Assembly (NCBI GenBank): GCA_041690595.1
Contig: JAWLHB010000009.1
Span: 142,538 to 206,537 of the forward strand
Direction: 5' to 3'
Length of the DNA stretch: 64,000 nucleotides
Source: Lentisphaeria bacterium
Lineage (GTDB): Bacteria; Verrucomicrobiota; Lentisphaeria; JABSQK01; JAWLHB01
The notes under the pieces were generated by a model that saw only the letters and a program-made list of their open reading frames with translations, was not told the origin of the DNA and searched no databases. Shown piece after piece: positions 17,093 through 26,867 of the stretch (the stretch's first letter is position 1; each line of letters starts with the position of its first letter). A program made the translations under genes and the position numbers.

Positions 17093-18247
17093 TCAACCGA
17101 ACTGAACGAACTCCGGGGTGTCGAGGAAGGCGGGTGTCGTGCCGCGCCATTGCCGACGATAAAGCTGGCGACGCTCGAGGAGCCAGATGTCCATGAAGAG
17201 CGTGCAGCCGGGCGCGGTATCGTCCGGGTGGCAGGGGGTGCCTGTCAAGCACATGGGACCTGACGAATCGCGCTGCTCCATGAGTTGCTTGAGATTGTCA
17301 TAGCTGGGATTGAGGGAAAGCTCATCGATGTAACGGGCCATATTGCACCACGTACCGTCGCAGAGACGCCAGAAGGCGGCATCGGCACAGTTTTCGTCCT
17401 GGCCTGTCAGCTCGAGGTGTCGGCGGCGCATGGCCCGCTGATGGGCGCTGATGCCGGGATCGAGCGCGCCCATGCCGGTGATCCAGTTGATGCCGTTGGC
17501 GTTCGGACCGCGAGCCGCCACCCGGCAGCGGGTCTTCTCGAAGGCCACGGAGTTGCCCTTCTGGTCGTGCACCAGCAGATTCTGGCTGCTCCAGAAGTAT
17601 GTGTACCGTACCAGGAACTCACGCGCCTCGTCGACCGTGGTGCAGAGTTCCTTCGCCATTTCGCGCGCATCGGCGGGAAAGATCTCGGGCGGTGGCTCGT
17701 CGATATGCAGCCCGCTGCCGACGCCGTCGAAGCAGAGTGGCTCGTTCCAAGGCCAGGGGGTGCCCGGAGCAATGGGCGGACGCGGCGTGAAATAGGTCAG
17801 CGGATCATCGACGTTCTTGGCGTGCAAAGCGCCGCGATCGCTCTCTGGAACGTAAACGATGCGGCATTTCTCCGGCTGGGGAGCCGCATGCCAGGCGCGG
17901 CCAGTCTCTTCCACCAGACGCACATCCCGCCAGAAGTTGAGCGAGACGCTGTAGGCGATGGTCAGCTCATCGACGCCGGCATCGCGCATGCCGCAGTACT
18001 CCTCCTCGAGTAACTCACGGTAGCCGCGAAGCTCGGGGTAGATAGAGAGATCCGGTACCGCATCGAGCCGCTCCCGGTGATAACAGCTGACCCGCGTCGC
18101 GATCTCTTCATCGGAGATGTCCAGCAGTAACGCCAGGCCATGCGCGGCATCCAGCCAGTAGCGCCGCCCAACATAGCTGTCCGCCAACATCCTGCGCCCC
18201 CTGGAAAGCCCCTTGGCGTAAGCCCTTTCTTTCCGCTCTGTTTGCAT
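17093..18247 (-). CDS. Hypothetical protein, possible Ntn-hydrolase (peptidase C45/AAT-like)
   Basis: Internal K-C-RIVY...LHAKNVD resembles the C45 Cys-nucleophile ...hxxNxD pattern; a later NLLVHD.KGNSV.FE strand pair. Confidence 0.5.
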   Translation of the reverse strand: MQTERKERAYAKGLSRGRRMLADSYVGRRYWLDAAHGLALLLDISDEEIATRVSCYHRERLDAVPDLSIYPELRGYRELLEEEYCGMRDAGVDELTIAYSVSLNFWRDVRLVEETGRAWHAAPQPEKCRIVYVPESDRGALHAKNVDDPLTYFTPRPPIAPGTPWPWNEPLCFDGVGSGLHIDEPPPEIFPADAREMAKELCTTVDEAREFLVRYTYFWSSQNLLVHDQKGNSVAFEKTRCRVAARGPNANGINWITGMGALDPGISAHQRAMRRRHLELTGQDENCADAAFWRLCDGTWCNMARYIDELSLNPSYDNLKQLMEQRDSSGPMCLTGTPCHPDDTAPGCTLFMDIWLLERRQLYRRQWRGTTPAFLDTPEFVQFG

Positions 18248-18420
18248 GAGTCGCGATCTCCAGAAGTTAAGTCGATGATGCGATGCCGTGATTGCTAACT
18301 ATGCGCTGCCGCCTACCCGCTCGCCACTCTTTTTCTCGCTGCCGCTGATGATTTTTACTGGAATGCTGTCTATCTTTCAGCTGCAATTCAGTCACAACGC
18401 GCCCAATCCCGGAGAGATCC

Positions 18421-20769
18421 ATGAGCCCGATACCCAGCCTGACTATCCATGAACCCGATCTTCCTTTTGCGACGGGGATGCCGGTGCCGGCAGCCGAAGC
18501 CGAAAGCTTCCTCTCGGGCGCGCTGCTGACCGATGCCGACGGAGCGGTTCATCCCCTGCAGGTGGCAGCGCTGATGCCGCCGACGCCGGATGGATGCCGC
18601 TGGCTGGAGATTGCGGGCGCTGGCGCTGCTGCCGGTCCGGCCACGGTGGCGCCGGGCAGTATCGATGCCGGAACAAGCCTGGTGGCCGGCGAAGCGGGGG
18701 CGGCGCTGCTGACGGTGGGTAAGCTGCGCCTGACCTTGAAGACGGATCCCGCGTCAGCCCCTCTGGTCGTGGAGAGGCGCTGCGACGAGGGCAAGTGGAC
18801 ATGCCTGGGCGAGTTGTCACCGGAGGTCGTCACCGAAGGTGGTCTGGTGCATCTGGAAGGGCCACGAGCCGAGCGGGAGCTCCGGGTGCTGCGGAACGGA
18901 GCCGTACGCGGCCAGGCGGAACTTACTGGCCGCCTCGAGCAGCGGCCCGGCGAGCCGTCCATGCACTACCGGCTGACCGTCGAGGTCTGGCAGGGAGTGA
19001 CTGGAGCGCGCATCGACTTCATGCTTACCCACGCGGTGGCCGGGGTTGCCGAGATGGCCGTGCAACGCGCCACTCTGCGCGGACTATGGGAGGTGGGAGA
19101 ACCCACCTTGCGTCGCTTTCTGCAACAGAATCACGGCCCCTACTACAAGCGCCGCGAAGTCGCCAATCCGCGTAGCGTGGCGCTGATCACTGACGACAGC
19201 TGTGGCCCCGTCCATGTGCGCGACGCCCAGATGCTGCTCGATACCGTCGCTTATGCCCACTATCTGCAGGCGCCGTTGATCCAGACGGGCGACTGGCTCA
19301 CCCTTGCCGGCCCTGAACGCTGGGTGACCATGCGACTGCGCGATTTCGTTGCCACGCGTCCGAATCAATTGCGCAGCGAGGGACAGGAGTTGAGCTACGA
19401 CCTGCTGCCGGACGGCCATGGTTGCTCCTGGCCACAAGGGCGACGCAAGGAACAGACGTTGCTCCTGACCTTCGGCACAGGCGAATCGACGCAAGCTGCC
19501 GGCGCCATGGCCAATCTTGAAGCCCTGCTCGTCGATGGCCGGGCACAGCCGGCGCCGGCCTACCTCGCAGCCATGCGCAATTTTGACCTTCACCACGCGA
19601 TGCCGGCAGTCAAAGGGGAGAACGTGCGTCTGAGCATCATCCTGCGTCGTCTCTGCCAGTTGAAGACGCCAAGCTGCAAGTGGGATCTGGGGGATACGAT
19701 TGACCCTGGCTATACGCGCACCTATCCAGCGGTGCCGCACCGGCTCGAATGGCTGCCGGGTGCGCCGGAGGTGCCGGTTCGCTTCGATGCCGCCGGCCGC
19801 TCGCTCTGGGGTGACAGTGTGCCGCACCTCATCGAGCCGGTCTGGACAAACAACGAGTACGACATCCTGCATGCGCTGGCCAGCGAAACAATGCGCTGCG
19901 GCGGCAATGACCACCTGCAGATGCTGCGCTGGGCCTCCAGGCACGTTATCGAGATTGACTTCCGCAGCTACTCCGACGACCGCTGGCACCACCAGGCGCA
20001 GCCCGCGCATTCCGCTCATCACAACACCACCGGCGCCTACCCCAGTCATTTCTGGACGCAGGGCCTGCTCCAGTATTACGCCTTGACAGGTGACCGGGAC
20101 GCGGAGCAGGTGGCCCTGGCGCTTGGCGACAAGATCATCGAGCACAATCACGTGCCGGAGATGCGTCAATGGGGCTTCGATCGGGAGTTGGGGTGGGGTT
20201 TGCTCTCGCTGGTCTGCCTGCTCGAAGCCGGTTATTCACGTTACCGACAGGAGGCCGATGCCATCGTCGAGTACCTGATGGCCTACGACCGGGCCGCCTA
20301 TGCCGGTGCCGTCAACCTCTCCGCCGGCCGCGCCGGCCGCAGTCTCGAACGCCAGATGGTCGACAATGGCTTCGGCTATTCATCCATGGTCGAGGCAATC
20401 GACCGCTACCAGCGGGTGACTGGGCGTGACGATACCGCCGCGTGGCTCGAGACACTTCTCCGCCAGCTCAAGGGCGAGTGCTGGAATGCCATCGACGACG
20501 GAGAAGTACCGGGTGTTCGCGGCATGATGCCGATGGTCATGTCGATCGGCTACGCGCGGACCGCAGACGAGGATTTCATCGCGGTCGGGCTGATCATGCT
20601 GGAGTCCTTCTTCGATGCGCTTTCCATGGGAGAGGAGGCGCACTTCGGCTACGTGAAGTCGAATGCCATGCTCTACCGTGGTCTGGCACGCTTCCTGGGC
20701 GACGCACACCGGCTCGACCGACTGGCCCCCTTCGAGTTCGCCTCACTCCTCCGGCGACGCGGGAGATAG
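18421..20769 (+). CDS. Large hypothetical protein, beta-sandwich plus alpha/alpha barrel (YetA/exo-rhamnogalacturonan lyase-like)
   Basis: 782 aa with GGAGA SD; motifs NNEYD, SHFWTQGLLQYY.LTGD, RELGWGL. Confidence 0.55.
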   Translation: MSPIPSLTIHEPDLPFATGMPVPAAEAESFLSGALLTDADGAVHPLQVAALMPPTPDGCRWLEIAGAGAAAGPATVAPGSIDAGTSLVAGEAGAALLTVGKLRLTLKTDPASAPLVVERRCDEGKWTCLGELSPEVVTEGGLVHLEGPRAERELRVLRNGAVRGQAELTGRLEQRPGEPSMHYRLTVEVWQGVTGARIDFMLTHAVAGVAEMAVQRATLRGLWEVGEPTLRRFLQQNHGPYYKRREVANPRSVALITDDSCGPVHVRDAQMLLDTVAYAHYLQAPLIQTGDWLTLAGPERWVTMRLRDFVATRPNQLRSEGQELSYDLLPDGHGCSWPQGRRKEQTLLLTFGTGESTQAAGAMANLEALLVDGRAQPAPAYLAAMRNFDLHHAMPAVKGENVRLSIILRRLCQLKTPSCKWDLGDTIDPGYTRTYPAVPHRLEWLPGAPEVPVRFDAAGRSLWGDSVPHLIEPVWTNNEYDILHALASETMRCGGNDHLQMLRWASRHVIEIDFRSYSDDRWHHQAQPAHSAHHNTTGAYPSHFWTQGLLQYYALTGDRDAEQVALALGDKIIEHNHVPEMRQWGFDRELGWGLLSLVCLLEAGYSRYRQEADAIVEYLMAYDRAAYAGAVNLSAGRAGRSLERQMVDNGFGYSSMVEAIDRYQRVTGRDDTAAWLETLLRQLKGECWNAIDDGEVPGVRGMMPMVMSIGYARTADEDFIAVGLIMLESFFDALSMGEEAHFGYVKSNAMLYRGLARFLGDAHRLDRLAPFEFASLLRRRGR

Positions 20770-21375
20770 TCGCTGGCCACGATGCGATTCCAGGAGGGCG
20801 GCGGCGCCCCAGATCAGCAGCAGCAATGCGAGGGTCACGGATGAATAGAGCAGTCGTGCGTCGAGCAGCGGTTCAGCCTCACGCATGAAGCTGAGCCCGC
20901 CGCTCGACCACCAGGCCATCTGGAAGAAGCCGGCGGCAAGGAGGGCGAAGCCGAACCAGGCCGCGCCGACGCCGATAAGGACGAGCCCCACCGCGAGCAT
21001 GCCCAGCCCCCACATCCAGAGCGTGCGCAGCGCCTGCACGCGGGCCTCCGTCTGCTCGCGATCCAGGATTGTCTGGCGCAGCTGGGCTTCGCGTGCGTAG
21101 TCGCTTGCATACAACTCGCGCAGGGCCTGCCGCAGATGCTCTGGCTTGCCGCTCGCCTCTGCCTCACGCTCGTTAATGCGCCAGCGCGCCTCCTCGTACA
21201 GGGGCCTGAGTTCCCGCACCGAACCGGCCGGTTCCACGGCCGGTTTGTCGAAGTCATCCAGCAGCGAAACGCGGGGCTGCAGGAACTTGACATAGAGGAT
21301 CCGGCTGGTCTGCGCCGTCAACACGACCAGTGCGCCTAGCAGGAAGAGTCTCTCGATTAGTCGTAGCGCGCCCAT
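20743..21375 (-). CDS. Hypothetical membrane protein
   Basis: One N-terminal TM, a helical soluble region and about three C-terminal TMs. ATG at 21375 follows AGGAAGG; convergent overlap of 27 nt with the previous gene. Confidence 0.65.
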   Translation of the reverse strand: MGALRLIERLFLLGALVVLTAQTSRILYVKFLQPRVSLLDDFDKPAVEPAGSVRELRPLYEEARWRINEREAEASGKPEHLRQALRELYASDYAREAQLRQTILDREQTEARVQALRTLWMWGLGMLAVGLVLIGVGAAWFGFALLAAGFFQMAWWSSGGLSFMREAEPLLDARLLYSSVTLALLLLIWGAAALLESHRGQRLSPASPEE

Positions 21376-21392
21376 CGGCACCTTCCTGTGGG

Positions 21393-22664
21393 TCACGCGG
21401 TGGCGGTGGTGGCTTCGGCAACTGCTTCGCGCGCCAACTCCACCCAGCGCGGCAGACGCTCCGGCTCGTTGTTGAGAGTATGAACATCCTTCATGACGAT
21501 CTCCAAGCGGCAATTCCCCGCCGCGGCCAGAGTCTGGCGAAGGTCCTCCCGGATCGCTCCCTCGTTGAACCGGTCAGTACTGATCAGCGTCGGGTTCGGC
21601 TTGCGGGAGAAGACGATGCGATCGCCGCAAGCCTTGGCCATGACCTGCTGATCCGCCCATGGCGAGACGGAGACTCGGGCCAGGTTGGGCATCTTGGCCA
21701 GCACCTGCCAGCGGCTGTGCACCGGTTCGCAACAGCCATAGTAGACCTTGCCAAACTGCTCCGCGATGCGAGCCTGATAGGGAAAGATGAATTCCTCGAA
21801 CTGCCGAGGGCCAACCCCCACCGTCTCCTGCGACTCGAGAAGGGCCCACTGGTCGCGGGTGGTGACCGGCGCGCCGGAGCCTTGCGGCAGATCGCGGGTG
21901 TAGCCCATGCTGCCCGAGCCGATGTAGTCATTCTCGTTGTTGAGGCAGAGCAACCCTTCCGCTTCCAGCCACTTCGCGTAGTCGAGATGGTCCTTGCAGA
22001 GGAACTCCATCAGGCGGTGCAGCCCGCTGGGATTGTCGAACATGAAGAGCATCAGGTTATCAAGGCCGATCAGGTCGATGGCCCGGATGGTCATGCCAAG
22101 GGTCCACCAGTATGCGCCGCGTATGCGGACCGGGAGAATGCCGTCAAAGATCGCTTCCAGTCGCTCGACCGCCGCATGAGTGGCGGCCCGGTCAACCGAA
22201 AATTTCCGCGGCCGCAGCTTGTGGAAATCGCGGTCGAGGTCGACCAGCGGCGCATCCCACTTTTTCGAGCCCATGCGCTCGGTTTCATCGGGACGATGAA
22301 CGACAGCTTCGACGCCATACCCCGTGGTGGTGACGCGCCACGGGGTGTTGATGACAGGCTCCACGATGTGATCGTCACGCAGGTTCTCGAAAAGATAGAC
22401 CGTGGTGCGGAGGCCGCGCTCCAGGCCGCGGGCGAATTCGTCCTTGCAGAGGAGTAGTTCCTCGGGCAGGGGCCGCCTGGGGTCACGCACCCCGCCATGC
22501 TCGGCAAGGATCATGGGCCGGCGATCGGGCGCGCCGCTGTCCAGCTTGTACCAGGCATGACGCCGTTCGACGTTGATGGGATCGGCGGCAATTTCCGCCT
22601 GCCTTTCGGCCAGGCGGCGCAAGATGGTCAGGTCATGAGAAGAAAGCTGGCTCGAATCGTTCAT
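21393..22664 (-). CDS. Uroporphyrinogen decarboxylase/methyltransferase-like TIM-barrel protein
   Basis: LIGLDNLM..M.DNP..LH, FEEFIFPYQ, YYGCCEPVH, VSVSPW, SRKPNP. Confidence 0.65.
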   Translation of the reverse strand: MNDSSQLSSHDLTILRRLAERQAEIAADPINVERRHAWYKLDSGAPDRRPMILAEHGGVRDPRRPLPEELLLCKDEFARGLERGLRTTVYLFENLRDDHIVEPVINTPWRVTTTGYGVEAVVHRPDETERMGSKKWDAPLVDLDRDFHKLRPRKFSVDRAATHAAVERLEAIFDGILPVRIRGAYWWTLGMTIRAIDLIGLDNLMLFMFDNPSGLHRLMEFLCKDHLDYAKWLEAEGLLCLNNENDYIGSGSMGYTRDLPQGSGAPVTTRDQWALLESQETVGVGPRQFEEFIFPYQARIAEQFGKVYYGCCEPVHSRWQVLAKMPNLARVSVSPWADQQVMAKACGDRIVFSRKPNPTLISTDRFNEGAIREDLRQTLAAAGNCRLEIVMKDVHTLNNEPERLPRWVELAREAVAEATTATA

Positions 22665-22695
22665 CGAAATGGTTCCCGGCAAGTTCAGGCTAGGT

Positions 22696-23667
22696 CTAAA
22701 CGTGATTACGCAACATTAGCTCTTTCGGATACGGGTTCAAGTACGCCTGCTGATGGACCCACTCCGGGGCATGGTGGTGGAGGAGGTGGTGTTTGAGCAG
22801 GGTGATCGGGACGATCAAGGGGACGAGTCCCTCCCGATAGTCATCAATGAGGGCGAGCAACTCCTGTTTGTCGTCGCTGCCCAGACTCTCCTTGATGAAC
22901 CCCATCACGTGCTGGAGCACATTGGCATGGCGGCCGCGACTGCCCACTTCCCGCATGGCCTCCATGAGGAGGAGGCGATAGGTGTCGTGCAGGGGCTGCC
23001 ACTCGCTCTTTCCCGCGGTCGCCACCAGGCGCCCCAACTCCCCATACGCCTCAGGGCTGTGCGCCATGACCGTCATCTTCATGGTGGTGTGGAAAGCGAC
23101 CAGGCCGCCTGGCGTGGGCTTCTCCCGCATGGCGAGCTGAAAACGGTAGCAGGTGAAGATGCGATCGATGAAGTTCTCCCGCAGTGGCTGATCGTTGAGA
23201 CGACCTTCCTCTTCGACCGGCAGCCATGGGAATCGCGCCATGAAGGCGCCGGCAAACATCCCCGAGCCGCTGCGTTCCGCCATGCCGCTCTCGTTATAAA
23301 CCTTGACCCTGAAGGCGCCCGAGCTGGGAGAGTCCTTCTTGAAGACGAAGCCGTGCAGCTCTTCGCCTGCCAGTTGCGTGAGCCGCTGAGAGACCCAGCT
23401 CTGCATCTTGTCGGTGAGGTCGACGCCAGAGCGGCTCGTCACGAGCCGGGGCGCCTCCGGGCTCCCCATCAGTCGCATGCTTTCCCGCGGAATCGGCAGG
23501 CCGCATTCCACCTCGGGGCATACCGGCACCCATTCGACAAACTCGCCGAGCACCCCCGTCAGATAGCGGTCATGCTTGTGACCGCCATCGTAGCGGACGC
23601 TCTGCCCGAGCAGACAACTGCTGACACCCAGGCGCAAGGGAGGAGGTGGTGCGGAGGAACCGTTCAT
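22696..23667 (-). CDS. DUF523 (TudS)-DUF1722 fusion, YbgA/RudS-like
   Basis: GVSSCLLG..VRYDGGHK, CPEVECGL.IPRE, SPSSG, EEEGRL, NVLQH..G, YLNPYPKELMLRNHV. Confidence 0.88.
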   Translation of the reverse strand: MNGSSAPPPPLRLGVSSCLLGQSVRYDGGHKHDRYLTGVLGEFVEWVPVCPEVECGLPIPRESMRLMGSPEAPRLVTSRSGVDLTDKMQSWVSQRLTQLAGEELHGFVFKKDSPSSGAFRVKVYNESGMAERSGSGMFAGAFMARFPWLPVEEEGRLNDQPLRENFIDRIFTCYRFQLAMREKPTPGGLVAFHTTMKMTVMAHSPEAYGELGRLVATAGKSEWQPLHDTYRLLLMEAMREVGSRGRHANVLQHVMGFIKESLGSDDKQELLALIDDYREGLVPLIVPITLLKHHLLHHHAPEWVHQQAYLNPYPKELMLRNHV

Positions 23668-23676
23668 GATGCTGCC

Positions 23677-24108
23677 TCAGTTCTGGTTTGGGCCCTGGGA
23701 GGGCGGTGGCTGATTTGGGTTGTGCTGCGCCAGAAAGAGGCGCCGCATCATCACGGGAATGTCGTCAAGAAGAAACTCCAGCCAGTATTCGCCTTCGCTT
23801 TCGAAGCGCGGCTGCTGAACGTTGAAGGTGACTTCGACAACTTGGAGGGGATCTTGAAAACGCAGTTTCCCCTTGATGCTGAATGCCACGGCCCCGCTTT
23901 CCTGATGCCGGCAACGGACCTCCGCATCATACTCGCCGCGACCACTGGTGGCGGAAACAAAAATGGAGAGCGCCGGATGCACACAGGGAAAACGCGATGC
24001 GGCCAGCCGGTCGAAAAGTCCGATAAGGCTGCGTTTATTGGTGGCTTTGTCCTGAATGACACTGTCGCACAGGATCAAGGCCAGCCCGATCGGTGTTTCC
24101 TTCTTCAT
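23677..24108 (-). CDS. DUF6941-like hypothetical protein
   Basis: LILCDSVIQD..TNK.SLIGLFD.L....FP and F..EGEYW.EF. Confidence 0.7.
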   Translation of the reverse strand: MKKETPIGLALILCDSVIQDKATNKRSLIGLFDRLAASRFPCVHPALSIFVSATSGRGEYDAEVRCRHQESGAVAFSIKGKLRFQDPLQVVEVTFNVQQPRFESEGEYWLEFLLDDIPVMMRRLFLAQHNPNQPPPSQGPNQN

Positions 24109-24245
24109 GAATAGAGATCCTGATGGTTGGCGCCGCGGCTGCCAACGCTTTTTTGGTCGGGGCAATTTACAATCTGCCCAGACGCGCTATTATTGTTAGC
24201 TTTTCCTGTTGTGAGATCAGTGAACCATGCGGAGACCACGCGGAG

Positions 24246-24731
24246 TTGAATACCCCTAATCGGCTCATCATCCACACAACGCAAATTAAGGACGAAGGGC
24301 TGGAAGTCAAGGGAGAACTGCCCGCTTCCGTTCTCGACCTTGGTGACGGCGAGACGGATCGCCAGTCCTGTCCGAACCCGTTGATGTACGACTTGACTGC
24401 CCGTCTGGTCAGCCAGGGGCTGCTGGTGCAGGGGCAGGCCAGCACTGTCGCGCGCTGTCGTTGCGACCGGTGTCTGCGCTTCTACGACCTTGAACTTCGC
24501 GCCGACGATATCTGTCACTTCGAAGAAGATATCAGCGAGGGCATGGTCGATCTGACTGACGAGCTGCGTGAGGATCTGCTGATCCTGCTGCCCACCCGCA
24601 ACCTCTGCGAGGAGGAATGCCAGGGCATCTGCCCGAAGTGTGGCTGCAACCTCAATGCGCGCGAGTGCGAATGTCCACCGGCAGAAGGTGAAGATGACGT
24701 CTGGCATCAACTGGATGACCTCAATATATGA
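24246..24731 (+). CDS. yceD: YceD/DUF177 family protein
   Basis: CDRCL and LC.EECQGICPKCG.NLN...C.C; lies upstream of plsX. Start (TTG at 24246) is uncertain. Confidence 0.88.
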   Translation: MNTPNRLIIHTTQIKDEGLEVKGELPASVLDLGDGETDRQSCPNPLMYDLTARLVSQGLLVQGQASTVARCRCDRCLRFYDLELRADDICHFEEDISEGMVDLTDELREDLLILLPTRNLCEEECQGICPKCGCNLNARECECPPAEGEDDVWHQLDDLNI

Positions 24732-25759
24732 GACTAGCTATCGACGCGATGGGCGGGGATTACGCGCCGCAGTCTATTATAAAAGGTTTGGCTCTCGCTT
24801 TCCGGGACTTTCCAGAGATCGAGAAGTTCCTGGTTGTCGGCGTTCCCGAGCGTATCGGCTGCGAGTTGCAGGCATGTGAGCTGGATCCGGCACACCATCG
24901 GCTGGAAATCGTGCCGGCAAGCCAGGTCGTGGAGATGAACGAGCCCTCTTCGGTGGCCTTGCGGCAAAAGAAGGATTCCTCGATGACGGTGACCGCCAAC
25001 CTGCTCAAGGAGGGGCGTGCCGATGCGATCATCAGCGCCGGGCATACCGGGGCCGCCGTCGCCGCCACGGTCGTCAAGGTCCGTATGCTTCCGGGCATCG
25101 ACCGGCCCGGCATCGCCACGGTTTTTCCGGCGCCGCCAGGGAGATTCGTCCTTCTCGACGCGGGTGCCAACGTGGACAGCAAGCCACTGCACCTGGCCCA
25201 GTACGCGCTCCTCGGCGAAGCCTATTCCCGCTACGTCCTTGGCATCGCGGAGCCACGTATCGGTCTCCTTTCGGTGGGGGCGGAGGAGGGCAAAGGCAAC
25301 GAGAGCACCAAGTTGACCAGTCGCCTGCTGAAGCAATTACCCATCAACTACGTGGGCAATGTAGAAGGGCACGACCTTTTCGCCAATCATGTCGACGTTG
25401 CGGTCTGTGACGGCTTCGTTGGCAATGTCACCCTGAAGTGCTGCGAAAGCATCGCCAAAATGATATCTTCGCTGCTTCGCGACAATCTGCGGAAGACGCC
25501 CGTGCGGATGGCCGGGGCGCTGCTTTCCAAGAACGCCTTCAGGGAACTGAAGGAGATGACCGATCACGAGGAATATGGGGGAGCGCCGCTGCTGGGTATC
25601 GACGGCACCTGTATCATCGCCCATGGCTCCTCGTCTCCCAAGGCTATTCGCAACGCGATCCGAGTCGCTAAGGAAATGGTCCGGCAACAACTGAACACGC
25701 GGATCACGAGCAAAGCACAACTGGTGGATTGGCAAGCGCTGATCGCCGGCAATGCGTAA
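24728..25759 (+). CDS. plsX: Phosphate acyltransferase PlsX
   Basis: MRLAIDAMGGDYAP, KKDSS, LDAGAN, CDGFVGN, YGGAPLLG, AHGSS. Confidence 0.96.
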   Translation: MRLAIDAMGGDYAPQSIIKGLALAFRDFPEIEKFLVVGVPERIGCELQACELDPAHHRLEIVPASQVVEMNEPSSVALRQKKDSSMTVTANLLKEGRADAIISAGHTGAAVAATVVKVRMLPGIDRPGIATVFPAPPGRFVLLDAGANVDSKPLHLAQYALLGEAYSRYVLGIAEPRIGLLSVGAEEGKGNESTKLTSRLLKQLPINYVGNVEGHDLFANHVDVAVCDGFVGNVTLKCCESIAKMISSLLRDNLRKTPVRMAGALLSKNAFRELKEMTDHEEYGGAPLLGIDGTCIIAHGSSSPKAIRNAIRVAKEMVRQQLNTRITSKAQLVDWQALIAGNA

Positions 25760-25822
25760 GCGCCTGCCGCGCCTTCAACCGCGCGGCCCCGTATGCAACT
25801 GTCCAGGCAACCAGAGATCACT

Positions 25823-26809
25823 ATGGATATTGGAGTGAAAATCGCGGGCACCGGATCTTACTTGCCCGAGCGGATTCTGACCAACTTCGACCTCGAAAAG
25901 ATGGTCGACACAACAGACGAGTGGATACGCTCCCGCACGGGTATTCTGGAGCGCCATGTCGCCGCGCCCGAGCAGGCCACCAGTGATCTTGGCGCCGAGG
26001 CCGCCCTCCGCGCACTTGACGCCGCCGGCATGTCGCCGGCAGACGTTCAACTCATCATCGTGGCCACCATCACTCCCGACAAGATCTTTCCGAATACCGC
26101 CTGCTTCGTGCAGAAGCGCATTGGCGCCCTGCGCGCCGTCTGTTTTTCCATCGAGGCTGCTTGTTCGGGCTTCACCTATATGATGGAGATCGCCTCCTCG
26201 CTGCTGCGCACGGGCGCTTATCAGAACGCGCTGATTATCGGCGCGGAGAAACTCTCCTGCATGCTCAACTGGACGGACCGCACGACCTGCGTCCTCTTCG
26301 GCGACGGCGCGGGGGCGGTGGTGCTGAAGGCTTGCCAGGCCGAGGAGAACAGCTACATCGCCTCCACTCTGGGTTCGGATGGTCGATACACCGAGATTCT
26401 CCACACGCCGGCGGGAGGCACCCGCACCCCGGTCACCCATGAGAATCTGGATGCGCATCTGAACACCCTGACCATGTCCGGCCCGGAAGTCTTCAAGCTC
26501 GCCGTCAACAAGATGGGAAGCGCCGCCAAGGAGACACTGCGCAAGGCCCGCATCGGCGTCGATCAGGTGCGTTGGCTCATTCCCCATCAGGCCAACACCC
26601 GCATCATCGGCAGCATCGCCAAGCGGGTCGGCATTGACGACGATCACGTCTATATGAATCTCGACAAGTACGGCAACACATCCGCGGCCTCCATCCCCAT
26701 CGCGCTCGACGAGCTGGTGCGCGGCGGACTGGTGAGCCACGGTGATTATCTGCTCTTCGTCGCCTTCGGCGGCGGTCTCACGTGGGGCGCCAACCTCGTT
26801 CGGTGGTAG
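25823..26809 (+). CDS. fabH: Beta-ketoacyl-ACP synthase III
   Basis: Catalytic triad motifs AACSGF, PHQAN and GNTSAAS; FGGGLTWG. Confidence 0.96.
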   Translation: MDIGVKIAGTGSYLPERILTNFDLEKMVDTTDEWIRSRTGILERHVAAPEQATSDLGAEAALRALDAAGMSPADVQLIIVATITPDKIFPNTACFVQKRIGALRAVCFSIEAACSGFTYMMEIASSLLRTGAYQNALIIGAEKLSCMLNWTDRTTCVLFGDGAGAVVLKACQAEENSYIASTLGSDGRYTEILHTPAGGTRTPVTHENLDAHLNTLTMSGPEVFKLAVNKMGSAAKETLRKARIGVDQVRWLIPHQANTRIIGSIAKRVGIDDDHVYMNLDKYGNTSAASIPIALDELVRGGLVSHGDYLLFVAFGGGLTWGANLVRW

Positions 26810-26867
26810 CCTCATCAATGCCTTCGGCAATCGCGTTCCTTAGTATGAACAAGAGGGAGTTTTGCAC

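Noticed and set aside
24109-24245. CarH operator upstream of the DUF6941-DUF523/1722 unit
   Set aside because: No 11-bp-phased TnnACA repeats seen on either strand.
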